Part shown: positions 20,331 through 31,298 of the stretch, in pieces
Numbering within the stretch: position 1 is the stretch's first letter
Layout: every line of letters begins with the position of its first letter
Assembly (NCBI GenBank): GCA_963737905.1
Contig: CAVTUQ010000002.1
Span: 544,001 to 608,000, forward strand
Length of the DNA: 64,000 bases
Direction of reading: 5' to 3'
Origin: an uncultured delta proteobacterium
Lineage (GTDB): Bacteria; Desulfobacterota; Binatia; UBA9968
Made by a program: the position numbers and the translations under genes
The notes under the pieces: model-generated
What the model was told of the DNA's origin: nothing
Seen by the model: only the letters and a program-made list of their open reading frames with translations
Database searches by the model: none

Positions 20331-21479
20331 CTACCGATATGCTTCGTCAGGCATATTGAAGTCTGCACCTTCCTTCGCCAATTGTTCTTGAAACATCTTG
20401 CGGATCTGCGGGTCCTCATCGCGGTACTCGATAGTGTCGCCGCCCTCTTTAATGTCGAGATTCAGACCACGCCAGTCTACACCCGGTATACCCTTGACTC
20501 GTCTGGCATACCCGCCCAGGAAGGCCAGCACACGTAAAGGCTCCTTGGATGCGCCGAAATGACCGTGGAACCAGCCGGCATCGCCGGGTGCCGCGCTCAC
20601 GATGCCGCCAGGCTTATAGTTCTGTCGCTGGACCAATTCGCCCTTGCCGTCCGCCCACGGCGTTGTTCCCGCTTCGCGGGGCCAGGTGATGGTGTAACCC
20701 TTGCCGCCCAAACACAGCAGCACCGGGCCGGCTTCATGGGCGTGACATCGGGAGTAGCGGCCGGGCGCGTACTGGGCGATGAACCCCCGAAAACTATTTC
20801 CGGACAGGCTCCAAAAGAAAGTTCGGTGACCAACGCCGCGTTGGCCATCTAGCGGCAACTCCACGCGGTCGGCGTCCGGGATAATATTGCCGTAATTGCG
20901 CGCCCGGCCGTGGAGCGGATCTTTGCCGAGCTCGGTATGCGCTTTGAAATAGTCCGCGCTGCCGTCGTAGCGATCCTTGAACTGGTACGGGTTATTGAAC
21001 AGCGCGTCCTCACTCCGGTACATGTGGAATATCGGCGGCGCGTTAGTCACGCCCAGTAACAAGGCTGGGCTCGAGGTTGCGTTGACGATCCGATGCCAGG
21101 TATTCAGCGGCGGCGAGAACAGGCTACCCGGCTGCCACTCGAAGGTCTGCTTTTTATCAGCATCGTCGCCGCTCCAGATCTCCGTCGTGCCGCGCCCCTC
21201 AAGCACGTAGAAAATCTCCTCGTACATGTGCTTTTCAGGAGTAATCGCACCCGCACCGGGCACTTCGATAACGTACACTCCCTGGAGCCCGCCGCAGCCA
21301 TTAAGCTCGATGAACGCCCCTTGAGCGCTCATGCGCTTCCAAGGACCCAAAGTCAGGTCGCGGATGTCGTAGAACCCCACCGTGCCGCGATGGATGGGGA
21401 GCCTTTGCTCCTCCATGTAAAGCTCATAGGGAGTGGCCTGCCGTATCCAGCGCTTGGTACCAACAAATTCTTGTTCCAT
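20331..21479 (-). CDS. Bicupin-domain protein
   Basis: KHMYEEIFYVLEGRG..FEWQPGSLFSPPLNTWH and YSRCHAH..WFHGHF; GGAG RBS. Confidence 0.85.
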   Translation of the reverse strand: MEQEFVGTKRWIRQATPYELYMEEQRLPIHRGTVGFYDIRDLTLGPWKRMSAQGAFIELNGCGGLQGVYVIEVPGAGAITPEKHMYEEIFYVLEGRGTTEIWSGDDADKKQTFEWQPGSLFSPPLNTWHRIVNATSSPALLLGVTNAPPIFHMYRSEDALFNNPYQFKDRYDGSADYFKAHTELGKDPLHGRARNYGNIIPDADRVELPLDGQRGVGHRTFFWSLSGNSFRGFIAQYAPGRYSRCHAHEAGPVLLCLGGKGYTITWPREAGTTPWADGKGELVQRQNYKPGGIVSAAPGDAGWFHGHFGASKEPLRVLAFLGGYARRVKGIPGVDWRGLNLDIKEGGDTIEYRDEDPQIRKMFQEQLAKEGADFNMPDEAYR

Positions 21480-21508
21480 ATTTAACGATCTCCTTTGTTT
21501 GATTGTGT

Positions 21509-23176
21509 CTAGAAACCCACTGCCTGCCCGTCGCGTCTCGGATCGCTGGCGGTGAAGTAGCCGCTGTCGAGCTTCCAGATCATCTGGCCGCAGCCGAACT
21601 GGTTGTAGTCGTCCACCTTCACGATGCAATGCCCGCGGTGCTTCAGCTCTTCGAGTGAGGCCGCGGGAAAGCCGTCCTCGACGCTCACCTCCATGCCCTC
21701 CACGACGCGGAAGCGCGGGCCGTCGCAGGCCGCCTGCGGGTTCTGGCCGTAGTCCGCGATGCGCACCATCACCTGCGTGTGACCCTGCGGTTGCATGGTG
21801 CCGCCCATCACGCCGAAGCTCATCACCGGCCGGCCATCTTTCGTGACGAAGCCGGGAATGATGGTCTGGTACGGGCGCTTGCCGGGCCCGACACAGTTGG
21901 GGTGGTCCGGATCGAGCACGAAGCCGGAACCGCGATTCTGCAGCGATATGCCGTCCACCACCACGCCCGAGCCGAAGCCCGCGTAGTTCGACTGGATGAA
22001 AGAGACCATCATCCCGGAGGCATCGGCGGCGGTGAGGTACACGGTGCCGCCTTTCGGCGGGTTGCCGTGGCCGAAATCCTGCGCCCGCTTCGGATCGATG
22101 AGCTTCGACCTCGACTTCAGGTATTCCCTGTCGAGCAGCGCCTGCGGGCGCACGTCCATATGGTCGATGTCGGCCACGTAGCGCCAGGCGTCCGCGAAGG
22201 CGAGCTTCACCGCCTCGATCTGCAAGTGCAGGCTGTCGGGGCCATCCACCGGGTGCGAGCGCAGGTCGAAGTTATCGAGGATGCCGAGTGCGATCAGCGC
22301 GACGATCCCCTGGCCGTTGGGCGGGATCTCGTGCAAGGTGTAGCCGCGATAGTCCATCTCGAGCGGCTTCACCCAGTCGGGCCGGTGCGCCGCCAGGTCC
22401 GAGGCGCGCAGCGCGCCACCCTGCTTTTTCGCCGCCGCCTCGAGCTTTGCGGCAAGCTCGCCGCGATAGAATGCCTTTCCCTTCGTGGCGGCGATCTTTT
22501 CAAGAGCCAAGGCATGTTTCTTGAAAACGAATTTTTCTCCGGCGCGAGGCGCGCGTCCTTCCGGGAGGAACGCCTGGGCGAAGCCGGGCTGGTCCTTCAG
22601 TTTATCGACCTGAGCCTGCCACTGCCCCGCGATGGTCGGCGAGACGAGAAAGCCCTCGCGGCCGTAGCGGATCGCCTGCTCGAAAAGCTTCCGGAACGGC
22701 AGCTTGCCGAACTTGCCGTGCAGCTCGACCCACGCGGACACGCAGCCCGGCACGGTGACCGCGTCCCAGCCGCGCTGCGGCATGGCCGTCTTGCCGTGGA
22801 AGTAGTCGGCCGTCCACGCGGCCGGCGAGCGCCCCGAGGCGTTTAGGCCGTGCAGCTTGTGCCCGTCCCACACGAGCGCGTAGGCATCCGAGCCGATGCC
22901 GTTCGACACCGGCTCGACCAAGGTCAGCGTGATCGCAGTGGCGAGGATCGCGTCCACCGCGTTGCCGCCGGCGGCAAGCATCTGCAACCCCGCCTGTGCG
23001 GCGAGCGGCTGGGAAGTGGCGACGACGTTCTGAGCGAGCAGCGGCTTGCGCGGCCAGGCGTAGGGGTTAATCCAGGAAAAGGGAGTCATTGCAACGTTTC
23101 GAAGTTGAGCACGACCCGACCGACTATCCTGCCGGCGTTCAAGTTCAGGCTTGGTACCGATAAAATCTTGGTCCAT
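21509..23176 (-). CDS. ggt: Gamma-glutamyltransferase family protein (conserved region starts at 23089)
   Basis: VATSQPLAAQAG, GGNAVDA, EIPPNGQG, catalytic Thr in GGTVYL, KRPYQTIIP, GVMGG..QPQG, SDPRRDG. Confidence 0.93.
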   Translation of the reverse strand: MDQDFIGTKPELERRQDSRSGRAQLRNVAMTPFSWINPYAWPRKPLLAQNVVATSQPLAAQAGLQMLAAGGNAVDAILATAITLTLVEPVSNGIGSDAYALVWDGHKLHGLNASGRSPAAWTADYFHGKTAMPQRGWDAVTVPGCVSAWVELHGKFGKLPFRKLFEQAIRYGREGFLVSPTIAGQWQAQVDKLKDQPGFAQAFLPEGRAPRAGEKFVFKKHALALEKIAATKGKAFYRGELAAKLEAAAKKQGGALRASDLAAHRPDWVKPLEMDYRGYTLHEIPPNGQGIVALIALGILDNFDLRSHPVDGPDSLHLQIEAVKLAFADAWRYVADIDHMDVRPQALLDREYLKSRSKLIDPKRAQDFGHGNPPKGGTVYLTAADASGMMVSFIQSNYAGFGSGVVVDGISLQNRGSGFVLDPDHPNCVGPGKRPYQTIIPGFVTKDGRPVMSFGVMGGTMQPQGHTQVMVRIADYGQNPQAACDGPRFRVVEGMEVSVEDGFPAASLEELKHRGHCIVKVDDYNQFGCGQMIWKLDSGYFTASDPRRDGQAVGF

Positions 23177-23508
23177 GTTTTGATTGCCTCCGTTGATTGT
23201 CCTGTTTGTCGCACTGAAAGTCGGGTCAATGCAAGTGGTTTCTATCTCGCGCGTATCGCGGGCTCGTGATTGACGCTATCACTGGCGATCTCGCTTTTTT
23301 TTCCAAGTCGCCTGAGATATTATTCCGCTATGGCAAAACGATCTCGGCCGCCATCGAGTTGGCCCGGTCGTCGACGTAAAATTCGACGCGCCGCTGCCTT
23401 AATTTCATCGTTTTTCTATGTGAATTTATATGTTGCACGGGTATCCGTGCGGGAGTAGAGTCTATAAAAAGCTCATTGCTTGGGCAACTCAATTAGGAGG
23501 ATCAAACC

Positions 23509-24268
23509 ATGGCTAAAAACATGACCCTGGACGAGCGCGCGGATGCACTCGAACGCAAGATGAGCGACGAGCTCGATGTGCTGCTTTCGAAATCGGCGCT
23601 GTTCAATATGGCGGACGGCAAGCTCGGCGCGTCCAATATGGGTTCTGACCTCGCGGCGTAGACACGGTAAGTATTATTTGATGGCCGACGATCCGCGTCT
23701 GCCGAAAATGCCGGCCAAGCCGACCCTCGCCGATTTTTTTGATTATCGCGCCAAGGGCATCAACCATTTGCTGCAAAGCGCGACCCACGCGCTGAAGGCG
23801 TCCATGCCCGAGAAGACGATTCTCGCCTGCCTGGTGCACGATATCTCCAACGCGATCTTCATCAAAAGCGACCACGGCTATTGGGGCGCGCAGCTGGTCG
23901 AGCCTTATGTCGACGAGGAGGTGAGCTGGGCGATCCGCGCGCACCAGGCGCTGCGATTCTTCCCTGACGAATCAGTGGGCTATTCGTATCCGGAAATGTA
24001 CGTCAAAAATTTCGGGCCGGACTACGTGCCCGACGACTACATCAAGGAAGCCTACAAACGCGCCCGCAACCACAAGTGGTACATGACCGCGCGCATGATC
24101 ACCGTTCACGACATCTACTCCTTCGATCCCAACGCGGTGGTGAGCTGGGAACCCTTTATCGACATTGTCGCGCGTAACTTCAAGCAGCCGGAGGAGGGCC
24201 TGGGCTTTGACAATAGCCCGGTCTCGCACATGTGGCGCACGATCCGGCGTCCGACAAAGTATCTCTAA
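23509..24268 (+). pseudogene. HD-domain metal-dependent phosphohydrolase, frameshifted near 23659
   Basis: Strong RBS and ATG at 23509 give MAKNMTLDERAD..DLAA-stop. Removing T23659 joins it to RHGKYYLMADDPRLP..HLLQSA..LVHDI..DHG..AHQ..HD. Confidence 0.78.
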
Positions 24269-24460
24269 GGCTTAAGACAGCGGCCTGTTCCAATCGTTCC
24301 AAAACCCTGCCCTGAGATCTATCGAAGGGCTCGACCGCTTTCGCTCACTTGATAGCGCAGCCGGATCCAGACGTTTCACCGCGCTCTGTTCAAATCGTTC
24401 GAGGAACTAAAAGCAAAGAAGGAATTTTTCCGCAAGATCGGTATGGACAAAGAGGCGCAC

Positions 24461-25594
24461 ATGATTAAGGCGTGGGACGCGGACGGGCATGTCTCGGAAT
24501 CCGAAGTGACGTTCTCAGACAAATACTGGGATCCTAAATTGAAGGATCGAAGACCGAGCATTGTGGAGACCGGCCCGGACGGCCCGCTCTACTGGATGAT
24601 CGATACCCGCTCCTTTCCCGTAAGAAGCGGGCCTTATCAGCAAGCCGGCTTTCCGCTCAGCAAGAACGGCGTCGCGGCAAAAGTCACGCCGGGAATCAGT
24701 TCTCATGACCCCGTCGAAAGCGCGGAAATGCGCTCCGTCAAAGCTCGCCTTGAACAATTGGACCGGGAGAATACCGAAGTTCAAGTGATCTATCCCACGA
24801 TGTTTCTCTCCTATCCGATCACCTATGATCGGGATTTGGCCGTGGCGATGATGTGCGCCTACAATAGCTGGGTCGCCGACCTCACCAGCCAATGTCCAGA
24901 CCGCCTGAAGTGGGTCACTATGATCGACCCCGTCGATCCGCAAGCGTCGGTTCGGGAAATCGAGCGAGGCAAGGAACTGGGAGCGATAGCCGTAATGCTT
25001 CTCGGCGTCACCGGAGACGTGAGAATCGACGACCCGCCCATGGAGCCGATTTGGGCCGCGGCCAACGATACCGGGCTTCCCGTAGCGGTGCATACCGGAC
25101 ACAGCTTTCGCGCGCTCGGCCGGGTTAACGACACGCACCATGACAAGACGGCACTATCCTTTTGGCTGACCGTGCAGTTCGCCTTCCACCGCGTGATCTC
25201 GAAAGGGATCGCCGACCGCTACCCGAACTTGAGGATCGCGTTTCTCGAAGCCGGTTGCTCCTGGGTGCCCGCCTTGGTGGAGCGAATCGAAGAATACAGT
25301 GGCTTTCCCGGGGCGCGGGCAGGAGTTGATTTTCACAGGGGCTACAAGGGTAAGCATCTCCCCAAAGAATACATCGAGCGCGGACAGATTTACTTCGGCT
25401 TCGAGGTCGATGAGAAACTGCTGCCGTTCGCCATCGAAGAGTTCGGCGACCAATGCTGGGTTTATGGCTCGGATATCCCTCACGGAGACCGCCTCTACGG
25501 CGCGGTCGATGTCTTCCTCAAGCGAAACGATATCGGCGAGGAGAGCAAGCGAAAGCTGCTCGTTGATAACACAGCGCGCTTTTACGGGCTTTAG
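24461..25594 (+). CDS. Amidohydrolase family 2 protein
   Basis: WDADGH, AYNSW, AVHTG, FLEAGCSW, GSDIPH, NTARFY. Confidence 0.9.
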   Translation: MIKAWDADGHVSESEVTFSDKYWDPKLKDRRPSIVETGPDGPLYWMIDTRSFPVRSGPYQQAGFPLSKNGVAAKVTPGISSHDPVESAEMRSVKARLEQLDRENTEVQVIYPTMFLSYPITYDRDLAVAMMCAYNSWVADLTSQCPDRLKWVTMIDPVDPQASVREIERGKELGAIAVMLLGVTGDVRIDDPPMEPIWAAANDTGLPVAVHTGHSFRALGRVNDTHHDKTALSFWLTVQFAFHRVISKGIADRYPNLRIAFLEAGCSWVPALVERIEEYSGFPGARAGVDFHRGYKGKHLPKEYIERGQIYFGFEVDEKLLPFAIEEFGDQCWVYGSDIPHGDRLYGAVDVFLKRNDIGEESKRKLLVDNTARFYGL

Positions 25595-25759
25595 GGAATT
25601 TCTTCTGTTAGTCGCCTTGCAAATTACTCCTATAGTGGTGTATGCGTCTCGGCATCGACTAGCCGTTATGAGATTGGGCGAGCCGTCGGCTTATCAGCGA
25701 CTGGAAAGTCTTTTTCGCACCAGGTAAGGAGGCTCTCAGACAGATAGTAGGAGGCGTTT

Positions 25760-26872
25760 ATGGTTGCTTCTAGCGAAGAAGGCTCCGTCATAAAGTACGT
25801 CGTTATAGATTCCGATTCGCATGTTGTGGAGACTGAGCGCACCTGGCAGTTCATGGATCCGGACGATGAAAAGTACCGCCCGGTTTTGGCGCCGCATCCA
25901 AAGGATCCTCACACACAGTGGTGGATCATCAACGGGCAGGCCCGCGGCTTGAGATTCCCCACGCTAACGGAAGAAGAGATGGAAGAGCGGTCAAAACAGC
26001 TCGGCAGAGATCTCGTCACTCCGATTGGCGCGCGGGAGGGCGACGATGTCGAGCGGCGGATGCGTCACATGGACCGTTTGGGCATCGATGTTCAGGTGAT
26101 GATCCACACTTTGTGGACGGTGCCAGTGACCGACCGCCCGGAAGTGGAACTGGCTCTATGCAAAAGCTGGAACCGGTGGGTAGCCGAGATGTGGCGGCTT
26201 AGTGGTGGACGTTTGCGGTGGTGCGCGGTGCCCCCTCTCATGAGCATGGATGAATCGGTTAAGTCGCTTGAGTGGGCGAAGGACCATGGGGCTGTGGGCG
26301 TTTCCATGCCGCCGATCATCGGGAAAAAACTATTGATCGATCCGTATTTCCATCCTCTTTACCGAGAAGCGGAACGTTTGGATATGGTTATTGCGGTCCA
26401 TATCGGCAACGGAAACGAGGAGATCGTTGCTTTGACTCAACCCGCTTATGATGCGGACTCCTTTGGCCTCATGCGTTTTCGTCTCGTCACCGCCGGCGCT
26501 TGTGAAGGGCTGATCGAAAGCCGGCTCCCGCTTAAGTTCCCGAAGCTTCGCTGGGCGTTTATCGAGGCCGGTTCGATGTGGCTTCCTTGGATGATCCACG
26601 AAGCGAAGCGCCGCATGGCGCAGAGGGGAACGCCTTTGCCCGACGATGTTCTGAAAGCGTTCAATATTTTTGTCACCTGTCAAAACAACGATGAGCTCAC
26701 GTACACCTATCCGTTTGGTCCGGACAATATCGTGATTGGCAGCGATTACGGCCACTATGATGGCTCCAGCCAGATGGACGCCACCCTTATCATGCGTCAG
26801 CGGACCGACATTGACGAACAAGTAAAGCGCAAAATTCTTTGTGACAACGCAAAACGGCTCTGGGGACTGTAG
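25760..26872 (+). CDS. Amidohydrolase family 2 protein
   Basis: IDSDSH, SWNRW, AVHIG, FIEAG, GSDYGH, DNAKRL. Confidence 0.9.
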   Translation: MVASSEEGSVIKYVVIDSDSHVVETERTWQFMDPDDEKYRPVLAPHPKDPHTQWWIINGQARGLRFPTLTEEEMEERSKQLGRDLVTPIGAREGDDVERRMRHMDRLGIDVQVMIHTLWTVPVTDRPEVELALCKSWNRWVAEMWRLSGGRLRWCAVPPLMSMDESVKSLEWAKDHGAVGVSMPPIIGKKLLIDPYFHPLYREAERLDMVIAVHIGNGNEEIVALTQPAYDADSFGLMRFRLVTAGACEGLIESRLPLKFPKLRWAFIEAGSMWLPWMIHEAKRRMAQRGTPLPDDVLKAFNIFVTCQNNDELTYTYPFGPDNIVIGSDYGHYDGSSQMDATLIMRQRTDIDEQVKRKILCDNAKRLWGL

Positions 26873-26991
26873 CTTCGCCCGGGTAGACCCCGGGTCAGAC
26901 CCCGCCCACCGATTGATCTTTTGTTGGCAAGTTTGGTCGATTGGTCCTTGGGGTCGCCCCAACGATATTTTCTCCGTTGCCGCTACCCTGG

Positions 26992-28218
26992 TTATCCACG
27001 CCACAGCTCGCCGGTCGCCAATCGGGCGCCCTCGGCTAACGCGTAGAGTTTCGCAAAGGCGAGGTTGGCATCGGGGAGATGGCGCAAACCGCAATCGGTA
27101 CAGGCAATGACGTTTTCTTTGCCGACTAGTTTGGCGAAGCGAACGATGCGCTCGGCGACCAACTCCGGATGTTCGATGAAATAGGTGGTATCGTCGATCA
27201 CCCCGGGGAAGAGAATTTTTCCTTCCGGCAACTTTATCTCTTGCCAGATCTTCCATTCATGGCCATGGCGCGGGTTGGCTGATTCGATGGTGATCCCCGC
27301 GACGGTGCATTTAAGCACGATATCGATGACATCGCTCAGTGCGATGTCGCGGTGGTGCGGCCCTTCGTAGTTGCCCCAGCAAACATGGATGCGCACCTGT
27401 TCGGATGGAATCGTCTTGAGCGCGTAATTGAGACATTCGACATGTTGTTCGATGACTTTACGAAACTGCTTGACGCTCAGACCGGCGTAGTCCGTATTGG
27501 CGCCGGAGGCCAGGTCCGGGCAGTCGAGTTGCAAGACGAAACCGGCATCGACGATGGCTTGGTACTCTCGGCGCATGACGTCGGCGACTGCCTGCATATA
27601 GGTTTCTTCGTTGCGGTAAAATTCGTTTCTGAAAAAGCGCACAAAACAACCGGGTGAAAGCGCCGACATAAAGACGTCGTAGGGTTGGCTCGCGCTCACG
27701 GCCGCGGCCAATCGAGCAATATCGGTTTGGACTGCATCGAAATCCCGCCAGCCCAGGGGACCCGTGCAGACATAGGCCATGCCGCCCCTGTCGTGACCGT
27801 CGCTCTGGCTGCGCGCCAGATCATGAAACTCGGCGATGTCGGTACGGTAGTGGCGCGGAGCGCCTTCAATATCGACTCTCGCCATGCCGGTTTCGCGCGG
27901 CCGAACGATGCCTCGGGCAACGCTCCAAGGCTCGGCGCTCCGCGCCCGGGAGCGCGGCTTTCTTTCGAGGCCGCTGACGCGGTGCACGACATAGTCGTTC
28001 CACGATGTTTTGCTTAACTCGCCGTCGTCGACGATATCGACGCCGACTTCGATTTGGCGCCGGACCACCTCGCCAATAGCCGTGGTCAGCGCGGCATCGA
28101 TCACTGCCTGATCGTACGCCTCGCCCCTGCGCTTGGCTGCGAGGGCTTGGCGAACCAGCGCCGGCAGCGGCAGGCTGCCGGTATGGGTGGTGAGAATGCG
28201 ATCGGTGCTGCGCTTCAT
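26992..28218 (-). CDS. Cobalamin-independent methionine synthase II / epoxyalkane:CoM transferase-like Zn enzyme (paralog 1)
   Basis: RILTTHTGSL, DGE, LQLDCP; Zn ligands HVC..E..DCG. Confidence 0.9.
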   Translation of the reverse strand: MKRSTDRILTTHTGSLPLPALVRQALAAKRRGEAYDQAVIDAALTTAIGEVVRRQIEVGVDIVDDGELSKTSWNDYVVHRVSGLERKPRSRARSAEPWSVARGIVRPRETGMARVDIEGAPRHYRTDIAEFHDLARSQSDGHDRGGMAYVCTGPLGWRDFDAVQTDIARLAAAVSASQPYDVFMSALSPGCFVRFFRNEFYRNEETYMQAVADVMRREYQAIVDAGFVLQLDCPDLASGANTDYAGLSVKQFRKVIEQHVECLNYALKTIPSEQVRIHVCWGNYEGPHHRDIALSDVIDIVLKCTVAGITIESANPRHGHEWKIWQEIKLPEGKILFPGVIDDTTYFIEHPELVAERIVRFAKLVGKENVIACTDCGLRHLPDANLAFAKLYALAEGARLATGELWRG

Positions 28219-28450
28219 TGAACGTTTCTCGAGCGACTCTCTGTCTGGCTTTTACGTTTCGATTTTCTTGCTTCGTGCTTCAGTGTTCCGGTGCAAGTGT
28301 TCTTCTGAGTCTATTCGGTTCGACAGCCAGCGAATGAATCCGATCTTTTTGCCGGACAGCGCTTGCGGGCTCTGTGCGTCGGAATACCGATTACGTGGAT
28401 CAACTCGACACTATCTACTCATCTCGTTCGAGGCGACGGTCTCCTTGAAC

Positions 28451-29644
28451 TCACTTCCACAGCTCGCGGGTCGCCAATCGGGCGCCCTCGGCCAGCGCGG
28501 CGAACTTGAGCCAGGCCACGCTGGGATGGGTATCGTTGAACCTCAGGGCGGAGGCGGCAAACCCGCAGTCGGCGCCGGCGATGACGTTCTCGCGCCCGAC
28601 GATCTTGGCGAAGCGCACGATCCGTTCGGCAACCAATTCCGGGTGCTCCACCAGGTTGGTAGTGTGGCTGATCACGCCCGGAATAAGAATCTTCCCGTCG
28701 GGTAGCTTGACCTGCTCGAAGACATGGTATTCGTGTTCGTGGCGCGGGTTCGCCGCTTCGAACGAATAGGCGCCGGCGTTGATCTTCAGCATGATGTCGA
28801 CGATGTCCTTCAGGGCCATTTCGTGGACGCGCGGACCGACATCGATGCTGTAGCAAGTATGGAAACGGACCTTCTCGGGCGAGATGCCGCGTATCGAATC
28901 ATTGATGGCTTCGACCCGCTTTTCCGCCCACTTCCTGCAGTCCTCGACGCTCAAGTCCGGGTTCATCATGTAGTAGCTGACCAGACGCGGATCGTCGATC
29001 TGGAGAATAAATCCGGCGCCGACGATGGCCTTGTACTCTTCGCGTACCGCGTCGGATACGGCCTGCTCGTACTCCTCGTGGGTGCGGTAGTATTCGTTGG
29101 AAAAAGTCGACGCGACGTAGGAAGAAGCGATCGCGGGCATGAAGATTTCCTCGTGGGTTTGGCCCTTCACTGCCGCCTTCAAGTTGTCGATGTCCGCCTG
29201 GACCGCCTCGTGGCCTTTATAACTGACCGGCCCGGTGCAGGTGTCGACGCCTCCCTGCCCGCGCCCTCCGCTTCGTCCGCCAAATGGTTCGGCGATACGC
29301 TCGGACCACGCGTAGTAGTCGGGGAAAGCGCGGTACTCCCGGCCCGCCGCCCGCGGTCTCGGCTCCTTACCCGGAGCGGCCGGCTTGCGCTCGAAGCCGC
29401 TGAATCGCTCGACGATGTAGCCGAAGAAGCTCGCTTTGCTCTGTTCGCCGTCGGTGACGATATCGACGCCCGCTTCGACCTGCTTTTTCACAACGTCCGT
29501 TACCGCCTCGTGCACCAGCCTTGCGAGCTCCTCGCGATCGTAGGGCTGACCGTGTTCCCTCAGTCGAAGAAGCGGGATCAGGGAATCGGCTCGGGCCAGG
29601 CTGCCCACATGGGTCGTGAGAATTCTTTCGGTGCTGCGCTTCAT
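28451..29644 (-). CDS. Cobalamin-independent methionine synthase II family (paralog 2)
   Basis: RILTTHVGSL, TDGE, LQIDDP, HTC..EAANPRH..DCGF. Confidence 0.9.
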   Translation of the reverse strand: MKRSTERILTTHVGSLARADSLIPLLRLREHGQPYDREELARLVHEAVTDVVKKQVEAGVDIVTDGEQSKASFFGYIVERFSGFERKPAAPGKEPRPRAAGREYRAFPDYYAWSERIAEPFGGRSGGRGQGGVDTCTGPVSYKGHEAVQADIDNLKAAVKGQTHEEIFMPAIASSYVASTFSNEYYRTHEEYEQAVSDAVREEYKAIVGAGFILQIDDPRLVSYYMMNPDLSVEDCRKWAEKRVEAINDSIRGISPEKVRFHTCYSIDVGPRVHEMALKDIVDIMLKINAGAYSFEAANPRHEHEYHVFEQVKLPDGKILIPGVISHTTNLVEHPELVAERIVRFAKIVGRENVIAGADCGFAASALRFNDTHPSVAWLKFAALAEGARLATRELWK

Positions 29645-29680
29645 CGTTTTATCTCCCTTTGAACGATTGAAACGAACTAC

Positions 29681-30886
29681 TCAATTCCACAGCTTCTTAC
29701 TCGCCAGGGCCGCGCCTTCGCACAGGACGCTGAGCTTTGCCCACGCGATCTGCGGATGTACCCGCCCGCCCAGGCCGCAGTCGGTGCCTGCGATGACGTT
29801 GTCGCGTCCGACGGCGTCGGCGAAGGCGAGAATGCGATCCGCTACCAGCTCCGGGTGCTCGACGACGTTGGTCGCGTGGCTGACGACGCCGGGGATGAGG
29901 ATCTTTCCGGCGGGCAGTTTGACATCTCGCCAGACCTTGTATTCATGCTCGTGACGCCCGTTGCCGGCTTCCACCGAATACGCCCCCGCATTAACCCTGA
30001 GCATGACATCCACGACGTCGCGTAGAGGGATGTCCGTCGTGTGTGGGCCGTGCCAGCTGCCCCAGCAGATGTGATAGCGCACCCGATCCTGTGGGATGCC
30101 CTGGAGCGCGCGATTCAGCATCTCGACGCGCAGGAGCGCGTAATCCTTGTACTCCTCGAGGCTCGGCCGCGGATCCAGCATATCCCAGGCGCCCGGCAGA
30201 CCGGGGTCATCGAGCTGCAGGATGAAGCCGGCGTCTGCGATCGCCCGATATTCCTCGCGCATCGCCGCGGCGATCGCCTCCAGGAATGCCTCGGTCGTCG
30301 GGTAGTAACTGTTCTGATCGCGGCAGAACATCTCCAGGCTACCGGGGGCGATCGAGCTGACGAACGCTTCTTCGACCCCCGCGGTATCGGCGGCTGCTTT
30401 CAAGTTCGCAAGGTGGCGGCGCAGGGTCTCTTGCGCGGTGTAGGCGATTGGGCCGTTGCACGTCGGGCGGCTGGCGGCGGTACTCGGCGCTCCGAGCCCC
30501 GTGTCGGCGTAAAACTCGGCGAACTCCCGCTGCTCCCAGCGCACTCCAACGATGCGCATCGGCGCCCCAGGGGCCGCCGTATCGGGAGCGACGGACTGCG
30601 GAGAGGTCGTACCGAAGCCGGAGACGCGGTCGAAGATGTAAGTTCCCCAGGCGCCGCGGTCCGATGCGGCGCGCATCGGCTTGCCGAACTCTCCATCGTT
30701 CGGAATATCGACGCCTGTCTTCTTCTGAGCGAGCACGATCTCGCCCACGGCGGAGCGCAATCGCGCCTGCAGAGCCGCCTCGTCCTCGGCCGCGTTCGTT
30801 TTCTTCGACCACATTTCACGCAAGTCGGCCGGCCGGGGCAGGCTGCCGGCATGAGTGGTCAGAATACGGTCAGTGCTGCGTCTCAT
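29681..30886 (-). CDS. Cobalamin-independent methionine synthase II family (paralog 3)
   Basis: RILTTHAGSLPRP, NDGE, LQLDDP, HICWG..EAGN..DCGL. Confidence 0.9.
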   Translation of the reverse strand: MRRSTDRILTTHAGSLPRPADLREMWSKKTNAAEDEAALQARLRSAVGEIVLAQKKTGVDIPNDGEFGKPMRAASDRGAWGTYIFDRVSGFGTTSPQSVAPDTAAPGAPMRIVGVRWEQREFAEFYADTGLGAPSTAASRPTCNGPIAYTAQETLRRHLANLKAAADTAGVEEAFVSSIAPGSLEMFCRDQNSYYPTTEAFLEAIAAAMREEYRAIADAGFILQLDDPGLPGAWDMLDPRPSLEEYKDYALLRVEMLNRALQGIPQDRVRYHICWGSWHGPHTTDIPLRDVVDVMLRVNAGAYSVEAGNGRHEHEYKVWRDVKLPAGKILIPGVVSHATNVVEHPELVADRILAFADAVGRDNVIAGTDCGLGGRVHPQIAWAKLSVLCEGAALASKKLWN

Positions 30887-30907
30887 AGGTCGATGCCTCG
30901 CTTCAGT

Positions 30908-30983
30908 TGGCTTATGGCGTATGGCTTATAGCGTATGGTTCGTATGTCCAACTATATGTCATAAGCTATCAGCCATACGCGAT
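30908..30983. repeat. Heptamer tandem repeats arranged as an inverted pair
   Basis: tggctta-tggcgta-tggctta-tagcgta-tgg, followed by the inverted cataagc-tatcagc-catacgc. Confidence 0.65.
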
Positions 30984-31298
30984 TTCGGGTGCGCGCTTCG
31001 GAGATTTTTTGAGCGGCCTGCAAACTGGGTTTTTTCCGAAACCCGCTTCGGTGAAACCTATCCCCATGGGTCTCGTCATGTCAAATCGCCAACCGGAGAC
31101 AGCTCACTCCGATCACGGCCCTCTCGTCGAATTCGAGCAAACCGGGCCGGCTCAGGGTGGCTCCTTGTCTGACCCGTTGTCAAATCAAATACTCGTGTAA
31201 TCGATTGCGATTGACGACTCGTCCGCTTAGCGATAGCCTGGTCGCGTGAACAGGCGTGTTTAGAACCGAGGAACTAGATTAGCGAGAGGAGAAGGATC

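Noticed and set aside
26992-30886. Assigning metE or etnE/xecA gene symbols
   Set aside because: These are single-barrel family members with no methionine, CoM-biosynthesis or alkene monooxygenase context, so specificity is unknown.
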